The notes: generated from the sequence alone by a model not told the origin. Counted from the first letter of the stretch, positions 7,270 to 14,989 are shown. The stretch: DNA of 19,951 nucleotides from Cyanobacteria bacterium P01_D01_bin.156 (GCA_039024555.1 JBCCQQ010000089.1:1-19951); one strand, 5' to 3'. Translations and numbers: made by a program.

Positions 7270-8752
7270 CCAGTTCTTTCTGGGTTTAAGTAACTCGGAC
7301 TTAAAGTCTAGCAGTGGCTTTTTCAGTCGATTACTTAACTACATCAAAGTAATTGCTTTTCTGGTATGTGCACTCATCTGCTGGTTTTTGTTTGGCTGGC
7401 TAGCTGATTACTCTTTTCCCTTTGGACAAGCTATAGATTTAGTATTCGCCTGCTTTAAAGGGACTGTTGCATCAAGAATTAATAACTTGCAGCAAAAGTT
7501 GCAAAAGACAGACATACATTCTCAGTCTGATCGTAAGAAGCAGGTTCAAACTCTCACCAAATTAGAGTCTCAAGCCTGGCTGTATGAGGGTGTCTTAGAG
7601 CGTCTTGGCGCAGATCCATCTGTAAATCATGAAAAAGTAGCAAGAACGCTTGAGGCATTAGAGTATAAGAGAACTACGATCCTCCAAGATTTAGAACCAC
7701 GGCGATCTGTCAAATACCGCATTTTTTCAAGTTTGCAAGACTCCACTCGTGCTGTTTTAGCTAGCCAAGCGGAGAAAGACTATGAACAGCTTCAAAAAAT
7801 TACAACTAACTTAGTCCTTTTTGCAAGAAATCAGCAACCTTCACAAATTATTCTTTCAGAAATTGTTGACAAGTTAGCTAAAGAAATAACAAAAAAATCT
7901 GGTCAGATTAGCCCTTATCGTCTCCGTCTTGCTTACAGACTCGATGAGTTGATGAATATTTTAGAATCAAAGCTAATTCTCAATCCTAAAGACTTAAGAA
8001 CTTCAAGTAGCTACCACTCAAAAAATCGTGAATTACGCTCGCGCTTAAATACACTGTCTAGAAAATTTGATAGCTTACTTGTAGCTAAGCAAAGAGAGAA
8101 GAAAGAATTAGATATACGTCTGCAACAAATTTCTAGTCTTTCAAGAAAGATTTCTGAACTTCATAGAGAGATATCCAATCGCGATACGGACATAGATACT
8201 TTACAGACTAATATTCAAGATCTTACGAAAACAGTTCAAGATAAACAGAATCAGATAACTAATTTTGAGGGTTTGGTATCGAATCTAAAGGATGCTGCTG
8301 AAAAAAATACCGAATTTGATCAGAATCAAAAAAGTTATATCGATGAAATACAGGCTAAATTATTGCGACTGAGTCAACAGAATTCAGTGTTAGAGAGAAA
8401 AATTAAAGATTTCTCTATGTCCGTTCAGAAGAAAGATAATGAGGTTGAAGAGTTAAGAAATGAGAAGTCTCAATTAAGCATTCAAAAAAACGAATTGGAC
8501 AGACAATACCAAATTTTATATCAAAATTATCAGAAACAAAAAGCTGAAATTGATACGTTAAGGCAAGAAAATCATCAGATTAATCTCTCAAAGGATTCTC
8601 AAGCTAGCAAGTCGGAAACAATTAAGAAAGAAATCTCAGTAGAGGAATATCAAAGAATTTCGAATAAAAGTGATTATACTTATGTAAAAGCACATTATCG
8701 AAAAGGAAGACCCGTCAAGGCACATTACCGAAGATTACCAAAAAAATATTAA
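7250..8752 (+). CDS. Membrane-anchored coiled-coil protein; reading frame is open from 7250 with no ATG/GTG/TTG before TTG 7388
   Basis: After TAG 7247-7249 the frame reads TTGFFVNQFFLGLSNSDLKSSSGFFSRLLNYIKVIAFLVCALICWFLFGWLA.... The track's TTG start falls inside the hydrophobic helix. A long heptad-rich region and a basic C-terminal VKAHYR x2 tail follow. The true start is uncertain. Confidence 0.75.
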   Translation, partial: TTGFFVNQFFLGLSNSDLKSSSGFFSRLLNYIKVIAFLVCALICWFLFGWLADYSFPFGQAIDLVFACFKGTVASRINNLQQKLQKTDIHSQSDRKKQVQTLTKLESQAWLYEGVLERLGADPSVNHEKVARTLEALEYKRTTILQDLEPRRSVKYRIFSSLQDSTRAVLASQAEKDYEQLQKITTNLVLFARNQQPSQIILSEIVDKLAKEITKKSGQISPYRLRLAYRLDELMNILESKLILNPKDLRTSSSYHSKNRELRSRLNTLSRKFDSLLVAKQREKKELDIRLQQISSLSRKISELHREISNRDTDIDTLQTNIQDLTKTVQDKQNQITNFEGLVSNLKDAAEKNTEFDQNQKSYIDEIQAKLLRLSQQNSVLERKIKDFSMSVQKKDNEVEELRNEKSQLSIQKNELDRQYQILYQNYQKQKAEIDTLRQENHQINLSKDSQASKSETIKKEISVEEYQRISNKSDYTYVKAHYRKGRPVKAHYRRLPKKY

Positions 8753-8792
8753 TGAGATGGACAAACAGAAGCGGTAGTAAGACTAAATCCAG

Positions 8793-8816
8793 GTACGGTG
8801 CGTTCGTGACGCATGG
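8793..8816 (+). repeat. Degenerate REP-like hairpin
   Basis: GTAC-GG-TGCGT-TCGTG-ACGCA-TGG: a GTAG-like tetranucleotide followed by a palindrome. Confidence 0.55.
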
Positions 8817-8838
8817 TTTACGGCATTTTCAACACTGT

Positions 8839-8978
8839 TTATTCATCAATCCATAAGAGATTTTCGGGACTCTCCTCTTGACACCAGTAAGGTGGATAAA
8901 TAGCCTCTTCAACGAACTGTGCACACTGAAACGTTTCCACAGCAGTGGACTTTCGAATAATCCACGGTGGACTAGATT
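8839..8978 (-). pseudogene. 3' remnant of a REP-associated tyrosine transposase (RAYT-like), frameshifted
   Basis: The minus strand reads NLVHRGLFESPLLWKRFSVH, then in a shifted frame QFVEEAIYPPYWCQEESPENLLWIDE*. This resembles the RAYT C-terminus NPV.HGLV..P.DW.YSSFHRFV..G.YP.DW. It is flanked by inverted REP hairpins. Confidence 0.6.
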
Positions 8979-8985
8979 GCAAGGT

Positions 8986-9009
8986 GGTGCGTTAGGGAAC
9001 GCACCCGAC
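8986..9009 (-). repeat. REP-like hairpin
   Basis: Plus strand GGTGCGTT-AGGG-AACGCACC-CGAC forms a perfect 8-bp stem. The minus strand reads GTCG-GGTGCGTT-CCCT-AACGCACC. Confidence 0.7.
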
Positions 9010-9013
9010 ACTA

Positions 9014-9526
9014 TTACCTAGCCAAACGACGACGTACCATCGGATGTTCAATCAAAACCGGACCTTCCGGCAAAAACCGGGGAGGATAATTAGACTTTTT
9101 ACCAAAAGCCTTCAAATTACCAATCGCTAAAGGCTTTTTCAACTTTTCCAAATCCTTCAACAGCCAAAAAACTGCCCAGTTAGGCTTATCATTGGTGGTC
9201 GATTCAGGTCGATGAATCGCTTTACCCGGATAGCGACCGCGACGGGAATGCACCTGCTTAATATAGGTCGCCTTCCAAGTCGCCTGGGGATTTAGTGGAG
9301 GATTATCCGCATGGGACGCATAGATATACACATCAGCCAGACGCTCCTTACGCAGGGCATCAGCTTGGCCAAATACTTCAAACGCATTGCTCCCCAAAGC
9401 CACGATGGGATGGGTATCCAGGGCTTCATCATCTAACTGCTGGGTAATCGTATCCAACCCCGAGAATAGATGATGCTCCGGTACGGGGGCCAAAATAGCA
9501 AAGTTTTTAGTATTCGTTATATCCAC
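9014..9526 (-). CDS. Hypothetical protein, possibly PUA/ASCH/EVE-like fold
   Basis: 170-aa GTG-start ORF with globular composition. The pattern VYIYAS...ATWKAT...AVFWLLKDLEKLKKPLAIGNL...FLPEGPVLI suggests the fold, which is an inference only. Confidence 0.7.
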   Translation of the reverse strand: MDITNTKNFAILAPVPEHHLFSGLDTITQQLDDEALDTHPIVALGSNAFEVFGQADALRKERLADVYIYASHADNPPLNPQATWKATYIKQVHSRRGRYPGKAIHRPESTTNDKPNWAVFWLLKDLEKLKKPLAIGNLKAFGKKSNYPPRFLPEGPVLIEHPMVRRRLAR

Positions 9527-9659
9527 AGACAGTTTCCCTTAAGGCCAGTTTTCTAACCTAACAAGTTATGAGGCGTCAGGGATGGCTAATTAGAAAATTG
9601 CTGTCATCTTCCATGGAGTCGGTAAGAACCTGCAGCTCATGCTGGAAAAGCCGACGGGT

Positions 9660-11180
9660 TCAATCTAACGTCAGGCCAACCCACTGACGAATCAGATCCA
9701 GATCGCAATACTCTTCTAGGGTATCGGCCATTTGGTCATAGAGTTGAAACTGTTGTTGTTGCCAGGAGATCGCCCCCGGCTGATAGTCTTGCACATTCGC
9801 AAGCTGGGCTAATGTTTGGCGCAGGGTGGTGGATTCAAACAAGCCGTGGAGATAGGTACCCCACACGTGGCTTTGACTGTGCTCCCAGGTGTGAATGCAG
9901 TGGATGCCTGCGGGCCGCTGGGTGCCGTTCAGCTCAATGGTTAGTAATGGCTCCGTGGATGTGTGCGAAGTGAGATTAGCAGCAACGGCATGGGTCTGCC
10001 CCATGTGGATTTCATAGGCTTGCCAGGTTTCAGATTTGCCCTGATGGGATGAAATCGCCTTCACCTGCCGCACCTCCTTAGAATTAATAAACTCCGTTGC
10101 CATGGGCAACAGCCCCAATCCCGGCACCTCACCCGCCAGTCCCGCATAGCCATTCGGGTCCGAGAGAGACTGCCCCAACATCTGATAGCCGCCGCAGATA
10201 CCCACAATGGGAACACTTCGTTGAGCCGCCTGTTGAATCGCATCTGCTAAGCCTGTCTGCCGCAGCCACTCCAGATCTTGCAGAGTATTTTTACTACCGG
10301 GCAAAATTATCGCTCGTGCATCTGCTAACTCCTCCGGTGTCGTCACCCAGCAGGTACGAATACCCGTATCCAGCTGCCAGGGTTGACTATCCTGGGAATT
10401 CGACACCCGAGGAAACCGAATCCAGGCAAATTTAGCCCCACTGCCCGATTCTTCTGCTTCGGCACACAAACTGTCTTCGCTTTCTGGCTGCAGATGGCTA
10501 CGGTAGGGTAAGGTGCCCAGGTAGGGAAAATCTGGCAGATGCTTGGCAAAATGCTCACCAGCCGTATCAAACAACCTCAGATCGCCCCGAAATTTATTGA
10601 CAATAAACCCCAGACCCAGGGACTTTGCCGGGTCTGGTATCAACGTATGGGTGCCAATAATTTGAGAAAAAATCCCCCCCCGCTCAATATCGCCCACCAG
10701 CAGCCAGCGCCCCTGCAAATACTGAATCGGTCGCAGGTTAACAATATCCCGATGCATCAAGTTCAGCTCCACCGGGCTACCAGCACCTTCTAGCAGCAAA
10801 ACATCACAGCGATCGCGCCAAGATTCCAGCGTCTGTTCCACCACCTGCCAGATATCCTCAATGTGCTGGTAATAGTCCCCCGCCCGAATATGCTGCTTTG
10901 GCTCACCCAACAACACCAGCTGAGACGTGCCATTTCCCGACGGCTTCAGCAATACCGGATTATGCTCCGCTACCGGACGCACTCCACAGGCTGCTGCCTG
11001 GGCCGCCTGGGCTCGACCTATTTCCCCACCTTCCAGCGTGACGTAGGAATTATTGGACATATTCTGCGCTTTAAAAGGCACCACATTTACCCCCTGCCGC
11101 CGCAACCAGGCCCCCAGGGCCGTAACGATCCAGCTTTTACCAGCATTAGACGAAGTACCAAGGACAGACAGTGCTTTCAT
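9660..11180 (-). CDS. cobQ: Cobyric acid synthase (CobQ/CbiP)
   Basis: GTSSNAGKS, PFKAQNMSNNS, GEIGRAQ, NPVLLKP, EGAGSPVELNL, DIERGG, NKFRGD, ILPGSKNT, glutaminase Cys in GICGGYQMLG and His in GTYLHGLF. Confidence 0.97.
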   Translation of the reverse strand: MKALSVLGTSSNAGKSWIVTALGAWLRRQGVNVVPFKAQNMSNNSYVTLEGGEIGRAQAAQAAACGVRPVAEHNPVLLKPSGNGTSQLVLLGEPKQHIRAGDYYQHIEDIWQVVEQTLESWRDRCDVLLLEGAGSPVELNLMHRDIVNLRPIQYLQGRWLLVGDIERGGIFSQIIGTHTLIPDPAKSLGLGFIVNKFRGDLRLFDTAGEHFAKHLPDFPYLGTLPYRSHLQPESEDSLCAEAEESGSGAKFAWIRFPRVSNSQDSQPWQLDTGIRTCWVTTPEELADARAIILPGSKNTLQDLEWLRQTGLADAIQQAAQRSVPIVGICGGYQMLGQSLSDPNGYAGLAGEVPGLGLLPMATEFINSKEVRQVKAISSHQGKSETWQAYEIHMGQTHAVAANLTSHTSTEPLLTIELNGTQRPAGIHCIHTWEHSQSHVWGTYLHGLFESTTLRQTLAQLANVQDYQPGAISWQQQQFQLYDQMADTLEEYCDLDLIRQWVGLTLD

Positions 11181-11236
11181 GGGGGGATGGGGTACAGGGC
11201 TTTGCCCTTCTCGTAGAGTTGGGGTGAAAGACTACT

Positions 11237-12211
11237 ATGACTGAATTTGTGAGCTATGCGGCCATTGTGCTGATCGGTGCAGCAGGGCTGGACTTTCTGG
11301 TGGGTGACCCGTGGCACTGGCCCCACCCGGTGCAGGGGATGGGCTGGTTGATTCAGCGGTATAGCAACCTGGCTTTTAAGACGACACAATCAGCAACGGT
11401 GATGAAGGGTCTCGGGGTGTTACTGACGGTGCTATTGGTTGGGGGCAGCGCTGTTGTGGGTTGGGGTTTGGTTGCGATCGCCCATCAGTTCAATTACTGG
11501 GCTGGCCTTAGTTTAGAAATCATCTTAGTGGCCTCCTGTTTTGCTGGTCGCAGCCTGCGAGATGCGGCAGAAGATGTGCTGGCACCATTGAATCAGAACG
11601 ATTTAGTAGAGGCACGCCAGCGCATGGGCCGCTATGTCGGTCGTGATACCCAGGAGCTGGATCAACCTGAAATTCTCAGGGCGGTGTTTGAAACCGTAGC
11701 TGAGAATAGCGTCGATGGCATTATGGGGCCGTTATTCTATGCTCTGGTGGGGGCGGCCACACCATTAGGGAGTGCGTCGATGGCCTTGGCGTATAAAGCC
11801 GCCAGCACCCTAGACTCCATGGTGGGCTATAAAGAAGCCCCCTATACCCACATCGGCTGGTGCAGCGCCAAGTTCGAAGATGCCTTGACCTGGCTACCCT
11901 GTCGTTTAACGGTGCTCACCCTGGCGCTACTGTCTAGAAAACCTCGCACAGTCATTGCCCTTTGTCGGAGAGATGCCGACGCAGACCCTAGCCCTAACTC
12001 CGGATGGAGTGAATGTGCCTATGCCGCTAGCTTGGGAGTGCAGGTAGGTGGAAAAAATGTCTACAAAGGTGTGGCTAAGGTGAAACCCTTGATGGGCGAT
12101 CCGGTGCGGGAGATTACGCCGAATGTGATTCAAGAGTGTTTACGGTTAAATCGGATTTGTTTTTTACTCTGGCTAGGATTAGGAGTTTTTCTGCTTTGGA
12201 TTTTAGAGTAA
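11237..12211 (+). CDS. cbiB: Adenosylcobinamide-phosphate synthase (CbiB; called CobD in the aerobic nomenclature)
   Basis: LDFLVGDPWHWPHPV, VGRDT, ETVAENSVDG, YKAASTLDSMVGY and SPNSGWSECAYA, with multiple TM helices. Confidence 0.97.
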   Translation: MTEFVSYAAIVLIGAAGLDFLVGDPWHWPHPVQGMGWLIQRYSNLAFKTTQSATVMKGLGVLLTVLLVGGSAVVGWGLVAIAHQFNYWAGLSLEIILVASCFAGRSLRDAAEDVLAPLNQNDLVEARQRMGRYVGRDTQELDQPEILRAVFETVAENSVDGIMGPLFYALVGAATPLGSASMALAYKAASTLDSMVGYKEAPYTHIGWCSAKFEDALTWLPCRLTVLTLALLSRKPRTVIALCRRDADADPSPNSGWSECAYAASLGVQVGGKNVYKGVAKVKPLMGDPVREITPNVIQECLRLNRICFLLWLGLGVFLLWILE

Positions 12212-12246
12212 AGAATTTCATTGAGACGTACAATTACATTCCCTCT

Positions 12247-12496
12247 TGGGAGCAGGGGCGTTTCGTGTGTATCAGAGAAAATCTGTCAGGTTTATTATTT
12301 CGTTTATACTTAATCGAGATATGATTGAAGGGAAGCAAAACCGGTTGCTTGGGGTCCCTCCGAGTTCCCCAAACCCCCATGGCTAGGGCCGGGAGGCCGC
12401 CCTAGGACCCAGCCTACTGGGTTGTCCTTAATTGCATTAAAGTAGGGGTTACGGCGGGGGCGATTAATCAGGTTGTCGCATTGTTGTTCGGCCCAC
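12247..12496. repeat. Dispersed structured repeat, copy 1 (core 12337-12496)
   Basis: The core aligns without gaps to 16361-16520 at 147/160 identity. A more diverged upstream extension (ggcg.ttc.tgtg.a.c.gagaaaatctgt.agg.tta...aatcgagat) is also shared. Confidence 0.9.
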
Positions 12497-12612
12497 TTTA
12501 TTCCAATTTTTAACTCATACAAGAGAATATGTTTTGTACTTCGCCAACACATTCTACGATGGGTTCTTGAACGCAATACTTTAGCAATTTGTTGTTGAAT
12601 ATCTGAAACTGA

Positions 12613-13701
12613 ATGGTTGCTTCTCCTTCTCTATCTGGTTCATGTCGTCCTACCCATGGTGGTAATCGTAATTGGGCCGCTCAGCTTGCCAATTGCAAAC
12701 CAGAAGAGATTCTAGACTTTTCTGCCAGCATTAACCCGTTAGGTCCGCCTCAATCAGTGCTAATAGCACTGACACAACATCTTCAGAACCTAACGGCCTA
12801 TCCTGATCCTAACTATACTCAGCTGCGGTCAGCCCTGAGCGACTTTCACAATCTGCCGATGGACTGGATTCTTCCTGGTAATGGAGCTGCAGAATTATTA
12901 ACCTGGGTGGGTCGAGAACTAGCTCAGCTGGAAGCTACTTATCTGGTAACACCTGCTTTTGCTGATTACCAACGGAGTTTGAACGCTTTTAAGGCCAAGG
13001 TTATTCCTGTGCCAATGGATTTGGAAACAGTGCCGCCCAAGGCAACGATTACAGCATCCGCAAACTGTGGACTGCTGCTGAATAACCCCCACAACCCAAC
13101 GGGTACGCTCACCCGACGAGATGATTTAATCCCCTATCTTGAACAATTTTCTCTGGTGGTAGTGGATGAAGCGTTTATGGATTTTTTGCCACCGGAACAG
13201 CAACAGAGTTTATTGGAGATGATTCTGGATTTTCCAAACTTGATTGTGTTGCGATCTCTAACCAAGTTCTACAGTCTCCCTGGTCTGCGGCTGGGCTACG
13301 CCATTGGCCATCCCGACTATCTAAAACGATGGCAGCAATGGCGAGACCCGTGGCCGGTGAATACCTTGGCGGAAATGGCTGCGATCGCAGCCCTCAAAGA
13401 TAACCCATTTCAGCAACAAACCTGGGATTGGCTCCCCCCTAGCCGTGATGCTCTGATTGCATGTCTGCAAAAACTGCCAGGACTTAACCCTTTACCGGGT
13501 GCTGCCAATTTTCTGTTGGTCAAAACAGAGGTTCCCAGCCCTCAACTCCAACGAGAACTACTCAAATCTCATCAAATTCTGATTCGCGACTGCCTGAGTT
13601 TTCCAGGATTAGGAGAGAATTATTTTCGTATTGCTGTTCGTCTTGCTGAAGAGAATAATCGATTATTAGCCGCCCTTGCTCAGGCAACGTTAAGAATCTA
13701 A
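12613..13701 (+). CDS. cobD: L-threonine-O-3-phosphate decarboxylase (PLP-dependent, CobD)
   Basis: HGGN, LDFSASINPLGPP, YPDP, GNGAAEL, NNPHNPTG, VVDEAFMDF and the PLP-lysine motif LRSLTKFYSLPGLRLGY; cob-cluster context. Confidence 0.93.
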   Translation: MVASPSLSGSCRPTHGGNRNWAAQLANCKPEEILDFSASINPLGPPQSVLIALTQHLQNLTAYPDPNYTQLRSALSDFHNLPMDWILPGNGAAELLTWVGRELAQLEATYLVTPAFADYQRSLNAFKAKVIPVPMDLETVPPKATITASANCGLLLNNPHNPTGTLTRRDDLIPYLEQFSLVVVDEAFMDFLPPEQQQSLLEMILDFPNLIVLRSLTKFYSLPGLRLGYAIGHPDYLKRWQQWRDPWPVNTLAEMAAIAALKDNPFQQQTWDWLPPSRDALIACLQKLPGLNPLPGAANFLLVKTEVPSPQLQRELLKSHQILIRDCLSFPGLGENYFRIAVRLAEENNRLLAALAQATLRI

Positions 13702-13706
13702 TGTTC

Positions 13707-13730
13707 GGTGCGTTAATAACGGCACCCTAC
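13707..13730 (-). repeat. REP element (GTAG type)
   Basis: The minus strand reads GTAG-GGTGCCGTT-ATT-AACGCACC, in the cobD-cobH spacer. Confidence 0.7.
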
Positions 13731-13772
13731 GTCCTGCCTCCTCATCTTTTCTTCCCCCTTTCCCCCTTCTCC

Positions 13773-14378
13773 ATGCACCCCATCACCGCCGAAAGCTTTG
13801 CCATCATCGATCGAGAAATTGGTCCCCACAACTGGCCTCCCGAGGAATATGCCATCATCCGTCGAGCCATCCATTCCACTGCTGACTTTGAACTGCTGAA
13901 TTTATTTGAATTTAGTGACGGTGCTGTGGCAGCAGGGATAGAAGCTCTTAGACAACAAGCGCCTGTGGTTGTCGATGTGCGTATGGTACAAATGGGCATT
14001 ACAGGTGTACTGAAAAGAATGGGCCATACTTCAATTGTCTGTGCCTTAGATTATGTTCCAGAAGATTTTGTGCCCAGCGCAGACAGCACCACCCGCACCG
14101 CTGCAGGCATGTTAGCCCTAACGCAACACTATTCCACTGGCATTTTTGTTGTTGGTAATGCACCTACAGCGTTACTTGCTCTGGTAGAACAGATTCGATT
14201 AGGACGGGTAAAACCGGCCTTGGTAATCGGTGTTCCTGTGGGGTTTGTTGCAGTTGAAGAAGCTAAACAGGCATTGGCTAAGGTGGATGTTCCCCAAATT
14301 CGAGTGCAGGGACGAAAAGGAGGTTCACCCGTGGCTGCAGCTATTGTCAATGCCCTGGCCTATTTGGTTCAAGCCTGA
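13773..14378 (+). CDS. cobH: Precorrin-8X/cobalt-precorrin-8 methylmutase (CobH/CbiC)
   Basis: MHPITAESFAIIDREIG, RRAIHSTADF, TRTAAG, VGNAPTAL, IGVPVGFV and GRKGGSPVAAAIVNAL. ATG 13773 is preferred because 13701-13772 is a REP plus a pyrimidine repeat. Confidence 0.95.
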   Translation: MHPITAESFAIIDREIGPHNWPPEEYAIIRRAIHSTADFELLNLFEFSDGAVAAGIEALRQQAPVVVDVRMVQMGITGVLKRMGHTSIVCALDYVPEDFVPSADSTTRTAAGMLALTQHYSTGIFVVGNAPTALLALVEQIRLGRVKPALVIGVPVGFVAVEEAKQALAKVDVPQIRVQGRKGGSPVAAAIVNALAYLVQA

Positions 14379-14389
14379 GCGCACCCGTA

Positions 14390-14989
14390 CTACCCTTTGA
14401 CACAGTGCTTCAAAATTCCGAGAATTTTACCCACATCATTCAAAAAATATTCCGTCAGATCAACCTCTACAACTGCATCCCGCAACCGCAAAAATTGCCA
14501 AATACTCCCCGTCGTAATCACTCCATAAACCGCTGGAATTTCATTGTCACGCTGTTGATTAAACCGCTGGGCTGCTACCATTTCTGCAATACACTGCCCG
14601 AACCCTGACTTAATGTTGTCATTTTTGGCTTCTACAACCGTAATCACTGGGGCCTGAATAAACAACTGCTCCGGCGACTGACTAATCAAAAAATCACAGA
14701 ATCCTGTTAGTCCGTTGGCTGCATCTACATTAAATTCTCGACCTGAAAAAAGACTAATCCGGTCGGTAAGCTGACGTTTTAATTCAAACAAAATTGGCGC
14801 AATAATGAACTCCGAACGCGACTTTTCAGTACCAATCGCTAATGCTACAGGACTGTAATCTGTCAATGCCTGTTTGAGAAAGTCACCATAGGCAATGGGG
14901 GGCACATCCGCAAACAAATTCATTCGATCCTGGATACTCACCTTCAGGACGCTACCAACGCTATCAATGTTGAATTGATCGTAGGGCAT
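14390..14989 (-). CDS. Hypothetical protein, PD-(D/E)XK nuclease-like (HsdR N-terminal-like cyanobacterial family)
   Basis: TEKSRSEFIIAPIL, LTGFCDFLIS, VVEAK, GFGQCIAEMVAAQRFN and YGVITTGSIWQFL. ATG 14989 (MPYDQF) is preferred. Confidence 0.8.
   Translation of the reverse strand: MPYDQFNIDSVGSVLKVSIQDRMNLFADVPPIAYGDFLKQALTDYSPVALAIGTEKSRSEFIIAPILFELKRQLTDRISLFSGREFNVDAANGLTGFCDFLISQSPEQLFIQAPVITVVEAKNDNIKSGFGQCIAEMVAAQRFNQQRDNEIPAVYGVITTGSIWQFLRLRDAVVEVDLTEYFLNDVGKILGILKHCVKG

Noticed and set aside
7388..7390. TTG start for the coiled-coil ORF
   Set aside because: It falls within a predicted TM helix, has no RBS, and the frame is open and protein-like for 46 codons upstream.
8829..9011. 60-aa minus-strand ORF as an intact gene
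   Set aside because: It starts within a REP and only its middle resembles RAYT; it is better explained as a frameshifted remnant.
9546..9658. Inverted repeats downstream of cobQ (CAGTTTTCTAA/TTAGAAAATTG; GTCGG/CCGAC) as a terminator
   Set aside because: The loops are long and there is no U-tract next to a tight GC stem; too weak to call.
12247..12496. Cobalamin riboswitch as the identity of the repeated element (also 16270-16525)
   Set aside because: No recognisable B12-box (AGYCAG.AGACC.GCC) or GGGAA/GCCACTG core on either strand, and the two copies have opposite orientation relative to their downstream cob genes. An Rfam scan would be decisive.
12310..12576. 88-aa minus-strand ORF
   Set aside because: It runs across the non-coding repeat and has no protein-family features.
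13701..13772. 24-aa N-terminal extension of CobH in the ORF track
   Set aside because: It is a translation of a REP hairpin and a pyrimidine tandem repeat; family similarity starts at MHPI (13773).
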